Below, piece after piece: positions 10,801-22,000 of a DNA stretch of 42,038 bases (position 1 is its first letter; every line of letters starts with the position of its first letter). The stretch spans positions 744,001-786,038 of the forward strand of contig QPGO01000020.1 in assembly GCA_008632985.1 (NCBI GenBank), written 5' to 3'. A model generated the notes under the pieces. The model saw only the letters and a program-made list of their open reading frames with translations, was not told where the DNA came from and did not search any database. This DNA comes from Psammoneis japonica (taxonomy: Eukaryota). The position numbers and the translations under genes were made by a program.

Positions 10801-13800
10801 AGGGGCTTTGGGGGTCTTTGAGAGTGATGCCGGTCACCGTTGTCGTCAGGTTCGTGAAGACATGCGAGCAGCTCATTTGATTGTGGCGCAGAATCAAGGC
10901 ACCACGACTTAACACAGGGGAGAGGAGCTTGAATGCAATGGCACCAGGAGTTGAGAGTGGTGCTCTAGAGAGTTCGCAGGCCAAAAGAATGAAAGGGACA
11001 TCGCCAATGACAACGCTGGCGCAGTGGGAGCACATCGCAGGGGACGCAACAGTGCAGGGGCGGCGCTTGCAAGTGGGCTTGTGGTGTGCTGTGCAAGTGA
11101 TGGCTCTGCCAGTGTGATGAAGGAATCGAAACTCGAAACCAGCGATGTCATGCCCAATGACGAAGTGCTGCATCCTTTGTCATTTGCCATCTTTTGCTGC
11201 TCTTCTGTTCAAGTCGCTGCTCTTCTGTTCAAGTTGTTGAACATTGTGGCAAGCAGGCAATCAGAGCCGAAACAGCCCAGCATGCATCGGCGACGGGGCA
11301 CACCGTGACGAACAACCCGACGTGGACTCTGGGCAAGCAAGTGCACGATGACATCGCAAGCACTGCGACCGTCATCGCAGTCCATTTGACATGCATGCGG
11401 AATGAATTGCGTGCAAATGAAGATTGCCACAGTGTGCTTTTAGAGTCTTTCTGCTTCCATTGCAAAGGTTCAAAGCGTGTTTCAAACAGTTGAAACACGC
11501 CAATGTCAAAAGTTGACATGGAAATCGGTTGCGCAGGGTGACGTTGCCTCAAGAGCTCCATCAAAAGATGGCGCTCAAGCTTTTGCGTGTCTTCAGAGAG
11601 AAAAAATGTCACTCTAAAAAAAGCAAAAGGGGGGGCGCACTGCAGAGACAACAAGAAAACTTGCCAGTCAACCGCGTTCTAAATCAACACTCCCCACGAG
11701 TGAAGACTCACCGCATCATGCCACTGATGCGACAGAACCCCAAACCTGTGTTCTGTCAACAGCATGATCTGCTCGGCGAGCTCTTGCTGCTTCACAGACG
11801 AACGCTGCTGTCTGTTTCAACAGCCGTGACCTGACGGGTCAAGCGAACAGGCAACTTCCTGTGCTTGAAGACACGAGAGTGACATGGACTCAAGGCCGGA
11901 GAGATGCACTCGATTTGCCCCGACCTCTGGACTTAACTGGCAACACCTGCGCCACCTGGAGACAACACGTCAACAAGCATGATGAGTTGTGGAACACCAA
12001 ACAAGAGCTGGCTCTCTGTTGTCCGCAAGAAGGGCGAGCCATCCTGGGCGATCGCGGCAATCGTTGCTTGGCGAACAACAACACATCGTGCGAGACAAGG
12101 AGTTGTGATTGAAAAGCGTGAAAGAATTTCCGAGAGATTTTGAGTGAGACATGACCGTTGCTAAATTTCTCAATCAGTGTCATTTTTGTGCACATCTGTA
12201 GAATTACTACCATGATTTCGTATGTAGAACATTCGTGAAACTTGGTCTCGCGCACGTGTGCGCGGTCATTAGACTGTGTAGGCGTGTGTGCGTGTGTGAG
12301 GTGTAAGTAGAATATACGTAGAATTACTACTGATGAGTTGACAGGCGGTGGATTTTCCGCCGGTACACAATCTACGCGGTCTACATGGAACATAAATTTA
12401 TGTCGGTCTCTGAGGATTTTACATATCATTAACATTTCTTTGGTCTTTTAAATATACATACCCAAATTCAAAAAAGTGAGGAACACCCCGAAACACATTT
12501 TTGAATCTGTATAAAAAATTTTTTTATTTAACGGTCCGAACAGGGTCGCCCCGAAGCGCTTCTCAAAATATCCTCATATTGTATATAGTAAAACATCTAC
12601 TATCACCAAAACAGAGTCACTATCGGATAAATAGATCCCGTGTTCTTCGCGCGCAAACAACACGATAACGCACAACAACACCATGGCGAGAAACGCGAAC
12701 GCCGTCCCCTCATCTACAAGTTGGGAATACGAGATACTATTGAAGTGGTTGGACAATATGTATGCGCTGTATTCATGGGTCAAGTTGGGTTTCTTCTCGT
12801 TGCTTGTTGTTGCGTCATTTTACTACGTTTTGACCCACGCCGTGTTCTTTGCTTTGTTGCTTCTGCTCGCGCGCCACCAACAGCACTTCCTGCAGGGTAT
12901 GGCTAGTTGCTCATCACATCGAACCCAAACGTGCGCGACCAACTAGCCCTACCCCGGCTAACTCATACTTTCAAAATTATTACCAAATCCTACGTACACT
13001 TTACGGTAACCATAGAAAACGCAAACATTTGTCGCCAAGGTGACTGTTCGTTGTCGAGGTCCGAGCTAAGAATAATTAGCAGGTGGCGCAACACATCTTC
13101 TTGCCACATACAATAACACGGCATTCAGCACGACGATGACAAAGCTCCGGATTGAGATCATCACAGATCACAGTAGTCGACTTCCCAACGAAGAAAGTGA
13201 AAAAGAAACCTTTTCCGTAGTACTGTACGTTGAGTGTTGTTGATTGTTGAGCTTAATTCACAGAAGAAGCATTTGATTGCAGCAAAGTATGCGAATGCTT
13301 TGCTCTGACGCATGCTTCTACTTTTACTTTTACTTGGTTTTTATCATACCTCCAATCCATCCACTCGTATCAGTTTGTGTACCATCCCGGATATCGAGGT
13401 CCCGGTATTCTCTTTTCGGGGATAATTTTCGCAAAATTTATCGATTTGCTTTCTCAACCTACCTCTGGCCACGTTTGAACGTGCATTTCGTCGACACTTG
13501 GAATGACTGCATAACAAGTCCTATTCCAAAACATCAAAAGGAACTCGCGGGTTTTTCGGATCCAAGTCATCTGGTTGATTTTACTCATGACACTCCGTTG
13601 CTAACGTGGGCGTCGTAGACGTTGCTCTCGATTCACAGCAGATTCTTTCAACGATTGAAGGACGCTGGATGCAGTGATATCGAGACAAATAGCCATAAGA
13701 GTGGGTTGTTGATGTTTGTGTGAGTCTCGGTGGTGAAGCAGGTGATTTTGTTGCAGTTGAAAATTACGCAAAGACAGCACAAGCACTGCAAAGTTCGTCA

Positions 13801-14944
13801 TCTGCTGCAAGAGCACTCAAGGACGGCGCTCAAGATGGAGCGAGCGGACAAGATTGTTGCGCTGATTGGGGCACAGTGACAAAAGCACCTCGACATATTA
13901 TGGAAGCCACTGTTGCGGCGCTGGATGAATTGCTTGTTTCTAATTGAGCCGATTGTTGGCATCTTATGCGGGTGGAGCTTGCTGCGCCTGAGCCAGGCAC
14001 GACAGCCCGCACTGCTCGAACGTTCGGCGGCACTGTTGCAAAGACGATCTTCTCCTGCGGTTGACTGTTGCGTCTTTTCAAATTATCGCGATACTGTGAT
14101 CAGATGTGGCCAACCAGAAAGTGTTATGGGTGTGGCCAACCGAAAAGTTGGCCACAAATGGAGTCCTGACGGGAAGGCCGTCTTTCTTTCCAAGCGGTGC
14201 TAGTGTCACCGAAATGCGATTCGTCCCATCTGAAAAGTATGCGCAAAATAATTACGAGTGAAATGATAATGTCGGCTACTCTACAAGCGCGAAATCCTAG
14301 AGTATTTTAACTATAGCCGGAGCAGTTTTGTGGCTTCACTAAGTAAGTCAATGACTTTCCGTGTCTCTATGCGCTTAACTTGGCCATGCCAAATAGTTGT
14401 TACTCGTATTTCGGTCCCTCGACTCAAATGCTTCTTGTTGCCGATTGGTCGTCATTCTTAACCGATTAGTTGGCGCGAGTCGAACTTTTTGCGTGCTTTG
14501 AGCTAACAAGCTTCGTTATCAGTGCGAGTGGGGGCTTGGTTGTTTTGTTTGTCTGGACGAAGCGCACTTGATACGAAATCTGCAACGGGAGTAGCAACTG
14601 CTGCTGCACTTGAAGGTTCAAGTTTTGTCGGGCCGCCGCTCCATTTCGTTGCCTTTAGCCTTGTTATTGTCTTAACCATTCCAAGAGCCCGTTGCTTCTC
14701 TAATCGCTAGTAGTTGTCGGTGAGGTGAATACGTAGCATTATTTGTGCAGTAGTCGAAGGTAATGATGCCGCCAATCGGAACTCTTTTATACCTGAAGCA
14801 GTACCGCAGTAGCATTTTGGATTGGCTAATGAATCAATTCAGCAGAGATACAAAAGCTACGATTATGCTATGAAAGCTTTAAAGGGGTGGCGACGCCTCG
14901 ATGTTTGAGAATACTCTTTAGCAGCAAGCATTCTTACTTGTCTT

Positions 14945-15982
14945 TCAGGAAGCAAGTCCATCCAAAAGTGTCATTTCGTCAGGTGATAGCTGAAAGTCAA
15001 ACACTTGTAGGTTTTCGATAAAGTGATCCTTCTTCTTGCTTTGCGTGGTGAAGGAGGCGCCGTTCTGGACAATCCAACGCAACGCGACTTGAGCTCCACT
15101 TTTACCATAGGCTTTCCCAATGTCTGCGCATTTTGCTTTCATTTGCGAAGTAAATCTCCCTCCTAGACTCCCTCCCAAAGGAGCCCAAGCTTGTACCAGT
15201 ACACCTCGTTTCTTGTTCTCCTGTACAATGCTTTGAGCCCCACCAGGATGGTATGCTACCGAAAGCGGCAATTGATTCACGACAGGCTTGACTTGGAGAG
15301 CCGGGTCCTCCAGAATACAATCGATTTGTTTGGGTGAAAAGTTGGATATAGAAAGAGTCCTTGTAAGTTTCTGATTGTGCATATCCTGAAATGCTTTCCA
15401 CTGTCCACGAATGGAATCGCAGTCCGGCCCGGGATAATCCAACATGATTTGATCAAGATAGTCAATACCACCCACAGCAAACGCCTCGAGGTTCTGTTTC
15501 CATCCCTTCGTTGTAGCCTTGTAAGCCGCATCAAATCCTTGCACACGATTGGAAACCACGGATCCAGAAATAAATATTTCAGATCGGTCAATTCCAGAAT
15601 CTCGAACTGCCTTGGCAAAGCCACGTTGGTTGCCAGCCAGAACAGATGCAAAAAAGTTTCGATATCCCACCTCCAGAGCTGTTCGAGTCAGCTTGTATGC
15701 CTTGTCGTCGTCATAGATCTGCAGTCCAAAACTCGCCAACGGAAACTCGTAGCCGCCCTCCAGCGTAGTAGTTGTTGTAGAGGGAGATGCCGCTATTGCT
15801 CTGTTGTCATGATTTGGTAAAAGAACACCGCTTCCAACAGCAACAGCAGCAGAGCTCGTACGAACGAATGCATCTCTTCTGCTGATACTCTTCCCACCAT
15901 AAGCAGATGGTGAAACATTAAGTGATGCAACTAGGGCGGGAACACATGAAAGAAGAGGTATAAACACTGAACGCAACCTCAT
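14945..15982 (-). CDS. Aldo/keto reductase-fold protein (~345 aa) with signal peptide and twin-arginine presequence
   Basis: Intact ORF from ATG 15982 (MRLRSVFIPLL...). AKR motifs 'ALEVGYR', 'RSEIFI', 'DYLDQIMLDYP', 'ISNFS', 'PVVNQ', 'VQAWAPLG', 'AQVALRW', 'ENLQVFDFQLS'. Confidence 0.9.
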   Translation of the reverse strand: MRLRSVFIPLLSCVPALVASLNVSPSAYGGKSISRRDAFVRTSSAAVAVGSGVLLPNHDNRAIAASPSTTTTTLEGGYEFPLASFGLQIYDDDKAYKLTRTALEVGYRNFFASVLAGNQRGFAKAVRDSGIDRSEIFISGSVVSNRVQGFDAAYKATTKGWKQNLEAFAVGGIDYLDQIMLDYPGPDCDSIRGQWKAFQDMHNQKLTRTLSISNFSPKQIDCILEDPALQVKPVVNQLPLSVAYHPGGAQSIVQENKKRGVLVQAWAPLGGSLGGRFTSQMKAKCADIGKAYGKSGAQVALRWIVQNGASFTTQSKKKDHFIENLQVFDFQLSPDEMTLLDGLAS

Positions 15983-16272
15983 TGTCTTGTTTGGTGGTTT
16001 GATGATGGCGCCGCAGATTGAGGATGTGATGGATGATGCGATGTGATCGTGATCGTCATGCCGTGTGCGATGGACGATGCGGATGTGATGTGATGTTGTG
16101 TGCGCGATGATGCGGTGGGCGGGCGGTGGGCTGTTCCGCGTGCACGAGGTCGATTTTTTTGAAAACAATGGGAGCTCGATTCGAAAACCATACTAGCAAG
16201 GCGACAGCGCGGCCGCCGGCCGTCGATCGATGATGATCTTCACGCACAAAAAATACAAAAAATTGAAGAAAA
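15983..16272. promoter_or_regulatory. Probable bidirectional promoter region
   Basis: 290 bp between divergent start codons; contains GATGT/GATG repeats and a GC-rich near-palindrome GCGGCCGCCGGCCG. Confidence 0.55.
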
Positions 16273-18357
16273 ATGAAGAGAGCACCATGCTCATCTTTAC
16301 GGCATTATCAACGCATGTTGATGACAGGTTGCTGTTGCTTGTGCCTGGCTAATCAAGCGGAGGCCTTTATCTGCCCCATCTTTTGGGAGCCTCGTCAAAA
16401 TATTGCAGTTTCTAGTTTCAAACAGAGCAGAACATTGTCATGTCGACATTGGCAAAGTCAAACATACAATGTCCAGAAGAAAACAACCGCATCAATCGAA
16501 CCATACACACGAGAGACGTTGGACGACGGCCATTCAGTATCTTCAAGACCAATGCGAATAGAGAACCGAGAAAGCAAGAGAAGAAAAATATACTTCGTAA
16601 TGGCTATGATTCTTTCGTGGTTCATTCTGGCAAAGTCTCCCGCGTCTGCTGCTTCGTCTGCTGCTTCTCCGTCACCAATAACACAAGCTCATCCACTTGA
16701 ATTGAAAAAGCTCGGAATCGCTGCTTGTATGGCTTTATCGGTTGGTGGTGTAGGAATGAGAATTGCAGGACTGAAGCGGCTGTCGGTTCAGATTATGATT
16801 GCATGCGGTCGGTGTGCGCTTCAACTCTATCTGGTGGGGTCGTTGATACTCACGAGACTGTTTGGAACAACCAATCCTGCCATTGTCATGTCATGGATTA
16901 TTGGAGTGGGAATAATTGCAGCCTATGAATCGTATATGCGCGTTGAGTATTCCTATCCCGCGTTGAGCAAGCACTTGGTAGTTTCTGTACTATCCGGTGG
17001 GCTATCGGTACTGGGACTTGCATTGCTGTGGAATGTATTGGGAAATCTCGATCCCTGGTTTCAACCAAGAACCGTTATCCCGATATCTGGAATGATATTT
17101 GGTAATACCTTATCAGCTGCTAGTTTAGCTGCGGATTCGCTTACAAAGGAATTCGCCCTTCGAAGAGATCAGATCGAACTGCGCTTGGCTCGTGGTGCGT
17201 CGTCGGATGAGGCGGCGTTACCACATGTGCGGACAGCTCTGACGTCCGCTCTAACACCCGCCATCAACTCTCTTTCCATTACGGGTATTGTACACATGCC
17301 TGGCATGATGTCGGGGCAAATATTGGCGGGACAGTCGCCGCATCAAGCGGCGGCATACCAAGTCATGATTTTATTTTTCATTACCACCAGTGCCTGCGCA
17401 ATGGTTCTTGTCCTTTGTCAATTGGTTAAGCGCGAAATGTTTGCTAGCGAAACACTCACTCTGACTCGACTTTATTCAATAAACACGGGCGGCAAACAAG
17501 CACAAGATCAAGGCACAATAAGCCGCGACAAATCACCATCAGCTTACATCTGGCGACTTGTAGCATCGATTGTCGGTATTCGATTATCAGCAGATCCTAA
17601 ACACACTCGACTGAACTCACCCAAGGCTTCAACGGGGAGCTTGTCAGTACCTTCATTCGAGAATTCTCCCACCATAAAGGCGATGGAGATGAGCACGCCG
17701 GATAAAAAAGACCGCAGAGATATGCCGGTTTTGGAGGTTAAAGAACTCAAAGTCAAGGTCGGGCATCGCGACCATCGAACTGTTTCATTCAATCTTTTTC
17801 ATGGCGACCGTATCGGAGTTATGGGCCCAAGTGGATCAGGGAAGACGCAGCTATTGAGAACTCTTGCTGCGTTTGAGGTATTCAGTGGTACAAATGACAA
17901 GCAAATCTCTTTGAACGGTGCTGTTTCGCCTAGCTATAGTCTTGCCCAATGGCGATCCATGGTATCTTGGTTACCACAGGATAAACCAACGCTCGGTGGA
18001 ACTCCAAGAATGTTTTTCAACGAAGTACTTGGCTACAAAAGCCGACGAATGAAGAATGAGAAAGATAACACCCCTTGTCCCGACCAGTATTGCATCCAGT
18101 GGAGCTTACATCCAAGCGCCTTGGATCAATCTTGGTCTACCTTATCGGGAGGGGAAGCACAGCGTGCCTCACTTGCAATTGCCCTATCGTTGAAACCAAC
18201 AGTTCTGCTCTTGGATGAATCCATGGGAGCACTCGACAAGAAAACTTCATCATTGGTGGAAACGACCCTCGTTGATTCTGGTATTCCTGTCATTCTCGTG
18301 ACACACTCCGACGAACAATTGGAACGATTTTGCACCCATACTATCCGTATCGCCTAG
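16273..18357 (+). CDS. Fusion of a UPF0014 (FetB/YbbM, plant ALS3/STAR2-like) permease and an ABC ATPase (FetA/YbbL, STAR1-like); putative plastid targeting
   Basis: 694-aa uninterrupted ORF. Permease motifs 'PRTVIPISGMIFGN', 'IELRLARGAS', 'GIVHMPGMMSGQILAGQSP.QAA.YQVMI'. Walker A GPSGSGKT, signature LSGGE, Walker B LLLDE, H-loop VTH. N-terminal 'AEA-F' resembles the diatom ASAFAP cleavage motif. The true start may be a slightly later Met. Confidence 0.9.
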   Translation: MKRAPCSSLRHYQRMLMTGCCCLCLANQAEAFICPIFWEPRQNIAVSSFKQSRTLSCRHWQSQTYNVQKKTTASIEPYTRETLDDGHSVSSRPMRIENRESKRRKIYFVMAMILSWFILAKSPASAASSAASPSPITQAHPLELKKLGIAACMALSVGGVGMRIAGLKRLSVQIMIACGRCALQLYLVGSLILTRLFGTTNPAIVMSWIIGVGIIAAYESYMRVEYSYPALSKHLVVSVLSGGLSVLGLALLWNVLGNLDPWFQPRTVIPISGMIFGNTLSAASLAADSLTKEFALRRDQIELRLARGASSDEAALPHVRTALTSALTPAINSLSITGIVHMPGMMSGQILAGQSPHQAAAYQVMILFFITTSACAMVLVLCQLVKREMFASETLTLTRLYSINTGGKQAQDQGTISRDKSPSAYIWRLVASIVGIRLSADPKHTRLNSPKASTGSLSVPSFENSPTIKAMEMSTPDKKDRRDMPVLEVKELKVKVGHRDHRTVSFNLFHGDRIGVMGPSGSGKTQLLRTLAAFEVFSGTNDKQISLNGAVSPSYSLAQWRSMVSWLPQDKPTLGGTPRMFFNEVLGYKSRRMKNEKDNTPCPDQYCIQWSLHPSALDQSWSTLSGGEAQRASLAIALSLKPTVLLLDESMGALDKKTSSLVETTLVDSGIPVILVTHSDEQLERFCTHTIRIA

Positions 18358-19039
18358 AGGTTTTTTCTTTGTCGTTTAACTGCTTTGAGCAGCAACCGTT
18401 GGGTGCCTCGAGATATCATTGGATACACATCCTGTTCCAGATACAAAACTGGATTCCTAGTCCAAGAAGACGGTCATACCATCCTATATTCAAACAAACA
18501 ACGAGACGCTAACTGCATTTCATGAGTGAGTAACGTCTTGGATAGAGAGAGTGAGTATGGAAGAAGGAGAAAAACTGCACGCATCCCGATAATCTTTTGC
18601 TTCTTTGCTACTCGCACCATCACTCTTTTTAAAAGATATCGCCTGTGTCGGTTCAAAATTTGTATGTTTCGTCAAGGGTTGAAGACAACGGGCACTACAT
18701 TACTCTCAAATGACAAACGGAGCCCCGACATCATCTATTGGTCGTCCTTGAAACCGCCATCCTTGTGCAAGCAATGCTTAAGTCCGATAGTGACATCGAC
18801 TGACAGTAACATACGCAGTGACGGAAAATTTCTTTAGTGTCAAACGCTTAGTGCGTAGCTGTCCCATCTAGAGATGAAGCGTTCGCTCTGCCCCAATGTC
18901 ACTTTCGCTGAAGAAAACCATGCATTGCACGCACTGTCAGCCAAGCAGCTCCTCTTCATTTGTCAGTGCTTTGGTCGTGCATAATGTCGTCATTCATGAC
19001 TCGATTGTAATTGCAGATCGACTGGGCCCCTCATACGCA

Positions 19040-22000
19040 GTCCCATCAGCAGTGTTGTTGCCCCTTGAGCATGTGGAATGCCAACAACAAAAAGCAAAAA
19101 GAGAAAGCAAAAAGTGGGAACAAGTCATTGTTGTTGACTTTTAATCATGCAGAAACAGAATGTCCAAGCAGAGCAGTGCATGCCGCTGCTCTCTGCAAGC
19201 ACAGTTTCTTCTTCATGATTGTTTTGCATTGGTGTTTCACAGCCTCCTCTCTTTTGGCTTGTTTTTTGTGTGCTTTCACCGCCACCACCCTTTTCTGTGC
19301 AGTGATGTGTGCAAGGCAAAAGCAAATGCCTCCAGGCTCCAGGGGTCTTCAAGGATCAAGAGTGGATTTGTTGCATTTGCCAGGCATGCCATTTTGATCC
19401 TTTCCTTTTTTCCTTTTTTCCCTTTCCAACCTCAAGTCTCTCATTTTTGAAACAGCACATTGGCTGCCAAGCATCCTTTTCTGCCAGGGGGGGGGGGGGG
19501 GGGGGCGCTCCAAAAGTCGTGCACTGATGAGTGCAAGAAATGTGAAACATGCCATTTCTTTGGCAGAAAGAGAGCAACTGACCATCATGCCCTGGCTGCA
19601 GCAGGAGGCTGTGATGTGACAGAGAGAGCCTTCACTCTTCAATGTCTGGGAAAGGGGTGGGCCAGAAACTGGCGTGCAGTGGCTTGGGTTGTTGGTGTGC
19701 AGGGGGCAACCAGAGTCAAGGCCAGCCACATGCTGACAGGGGTGGCTGAGCTCACTTTGAAGCAAGCACCAAAGAAAGACTGGAGGGTTTTTGCTCATGC
19801 CCCCTTTTTGATGATGCAAGACCAATCATTGGTTTGTCATGGGGTGCTTTGCTGAGATTGTGGGTGAGAAGCCAATTGTTTGTTTTGGCTTTTTTGTGGC
19901 ATGAAGTCATGCAGCATGCTCAGTGAGTGTGAGCTTTGGTGCTGTGGCACATGGATTTGCCAGCACCTTCTTTGGCAAAAAGCATCATTTTGGGCTGGTG
20001 CAGCTGTGCACCTTGAGGGCTTTTTTTTTCAAATCAAAAACATTTGTGCCAGTGTGCAGTGGAGCAGCTTGCCATCCATCCACCAAGAGGAGCAGCGGCC
20101 AGACTCCTCTCTTGCAACAACAACCCCAAGCTCAGTTGAGCTTCATTGCAAAGCTGCCTTGTCTGTTGCTTTTGCATGAGGGTGGCAGTGCTTTGTTGTC
20201 AGCTGCCATCTCCAGCAGGCAGCAGGTTTGGCAAGTGACAGTGCTGACCAACATCATCGTTGACAGGGTGTGAAGAAGTCCAGTTGTGTGACATTTGATG
20301 CCAGAGATTTTTTACACGCACCACATTGGTTGGCACATTTCAAACAATGCTGGCACATCAGGACTGGAGTGCATCACTTGGACACAATGATGATCCAGGG
20401 CAGGCACTCATTTGAAATGCCACCATGTTTGCTGCACTTTGTGTTGGAGTTGAGACATGCAGTGGATGGCCCATCACATGACTCAATGATGTGGGCTGCT
20501 TTCACCCTCAACAGTGCTCTCTGTGCAGCAGACCTTGCGAGTCTTTGATGTGGTCACAAAAGGTTGGAAAAGGTGCTTGTTTGTTGCAGCTTGCTTTTGC
20601 TTGACCAAAGCTGTCATTTCCACCAATGTCCTCCCCAGGCTCAATCATGAATGAGGGGTGCTCACCAATCTGTCAGCTGGCGGTGCTTTCAACTTTGCTC
20701 TGCTGGCCAACACAAATGATTTGGTTGTCAATTGAGCTCCCCAATTTAAACACTGAGATGTTTTGTCACAAACTGGTGTTGACAAATGCAAAATTGTGCG
20801 CAGCAACTCTTGCAAAACTGCAGCAAATGATGCTGTGCAGATCAGCTGCACACTCAGCTGGTGCTTCACACAACAGCTCCCACTGAAAAAAAAACTTGTG
20901 AGAGACACCATGTGGGCATTGTTCCAGTGGGCTTCATTGGCAGAGTCATCCTTGAAGCAAAGCCAAATCATCACCTTGCCACTCAAGCCCCTTTTCCTGG
21001 TCCAAAAGATGCCCATGTCTTGCAGGTCTCATTGTCCACCAAGGTGTCAGCACAATGCTTGGTGCCAACATCCACCTTGTGCACGGCATGGCCGCTTTTG
21101 ACACATGGCATGCTTGAAAAAGTTCATGTCATCACTGGCTGCTTCTGCATCCGATGTGTTCCAAAGGCTCATGGTGCATGCTGTGGAGTCAAAACTTGGG
21201 TGTTTCTTGTTGTGAGCCATGCAGAACACGTGCGGGTTCTCTTGTGTGCTTGACATGGCTGTGTGTGGCTTGAAAGGATGTGCCCCAATGCAAGCAGATC
21301 CATCCAGGTGCGCTTGAAAGGATTTGACCCCACTCGACAACCAAAGCACCTTTCATCTGTCAGCATGTGGGAAATGGATCATCCAGCAACTGGCTGTGCC
21401 AAGCAACATGGAGCGGCTCAACTTGATGTGAGTTGGGAGAATCTTCTGGGCTGTGCGCTGACAGACCTGACTGAGCTCACTTTGAAACAAAAGCAATGGA
21501 AAAGGTGTGTGCAATTTTGACATGCAAACACCAACAAGTGCGGCAACCATGGAGGGCTCTTCAATGCACTTGAAACAAGATCAAATTGTTGGCACACCCC
21601 GGGATGTCACCTGGATTGTGAGTGATGGATCAGCTGCCTGTTTTTGATTTTTTTGGTGTGAAGCCATGCAAACAGGTGAGCCAAGTGGACATGAATTTTG
21701 GCGTTGCAGTTCATGGAGACTTGTCGACACCTTTGAGAAACCCTTGCATTTTTGACAAAATCAGTCTCTTGTCTCAAGGCCTTTTTTTTGGATGTTTGAT
21801 GTGCACAGGAGCACAGCTGATCAACAACCAAGAGCAGGAGAGGAGCTGAAAACATGTGGCATGTGCAACTCTTGCAATGAGCCCCCCAGTTCACTGTTTT
21901 GAAAGAAAGCAAGCAATTTCCCTTGACGCAATTTCACCACATGGCTGTGTCTGTCACTGCTGCTGTGCAGGACCACACCCTGTTGCAAACTCCTGTCCAG

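Larger units (their letters stand above)
1..12150. other. TpA-depleted relic/repeat island 1
   Basis: TA is almost absent for 12 kb. ORF translations essentially lack Tyr, are Cys/His-rich and mostly end in TGA. Normal TA density resumes at about 12200. Confidence 0.9.

Noticed and set aside
1..12150. Dense overlapping ORFs on both strands in the islands (also 19040-23330 and 40430-42038)
   Set aside because: TA erasure removes TAA/TAG stops and Tyr codons, inflating ORF number and length; the translations are Cys/His/Gln-rich noise apart from the relics listed.
1..12150. Alternative genetic code or recoding as an explanation for Tyr-free ORFs
   Set aside because: TA loss is frame- and strand-independent and affects non-coding DNA, while neighbouring genes use Tyr and TAA/TAG normally.
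12574..14203. Short ORFs such as 12683-12946 and 13720-13947
   Set aside because: No recognisable motif or splice structure; may be a decayed gene but cannot be supported.
15983..16168. 62-aa N-terminal extension of the AKR ORF from a non-ATG start
   Set aside because: His-rich low-complexity translation of promoter repeats; the ATG at 15982 gives a proper signal peptide.
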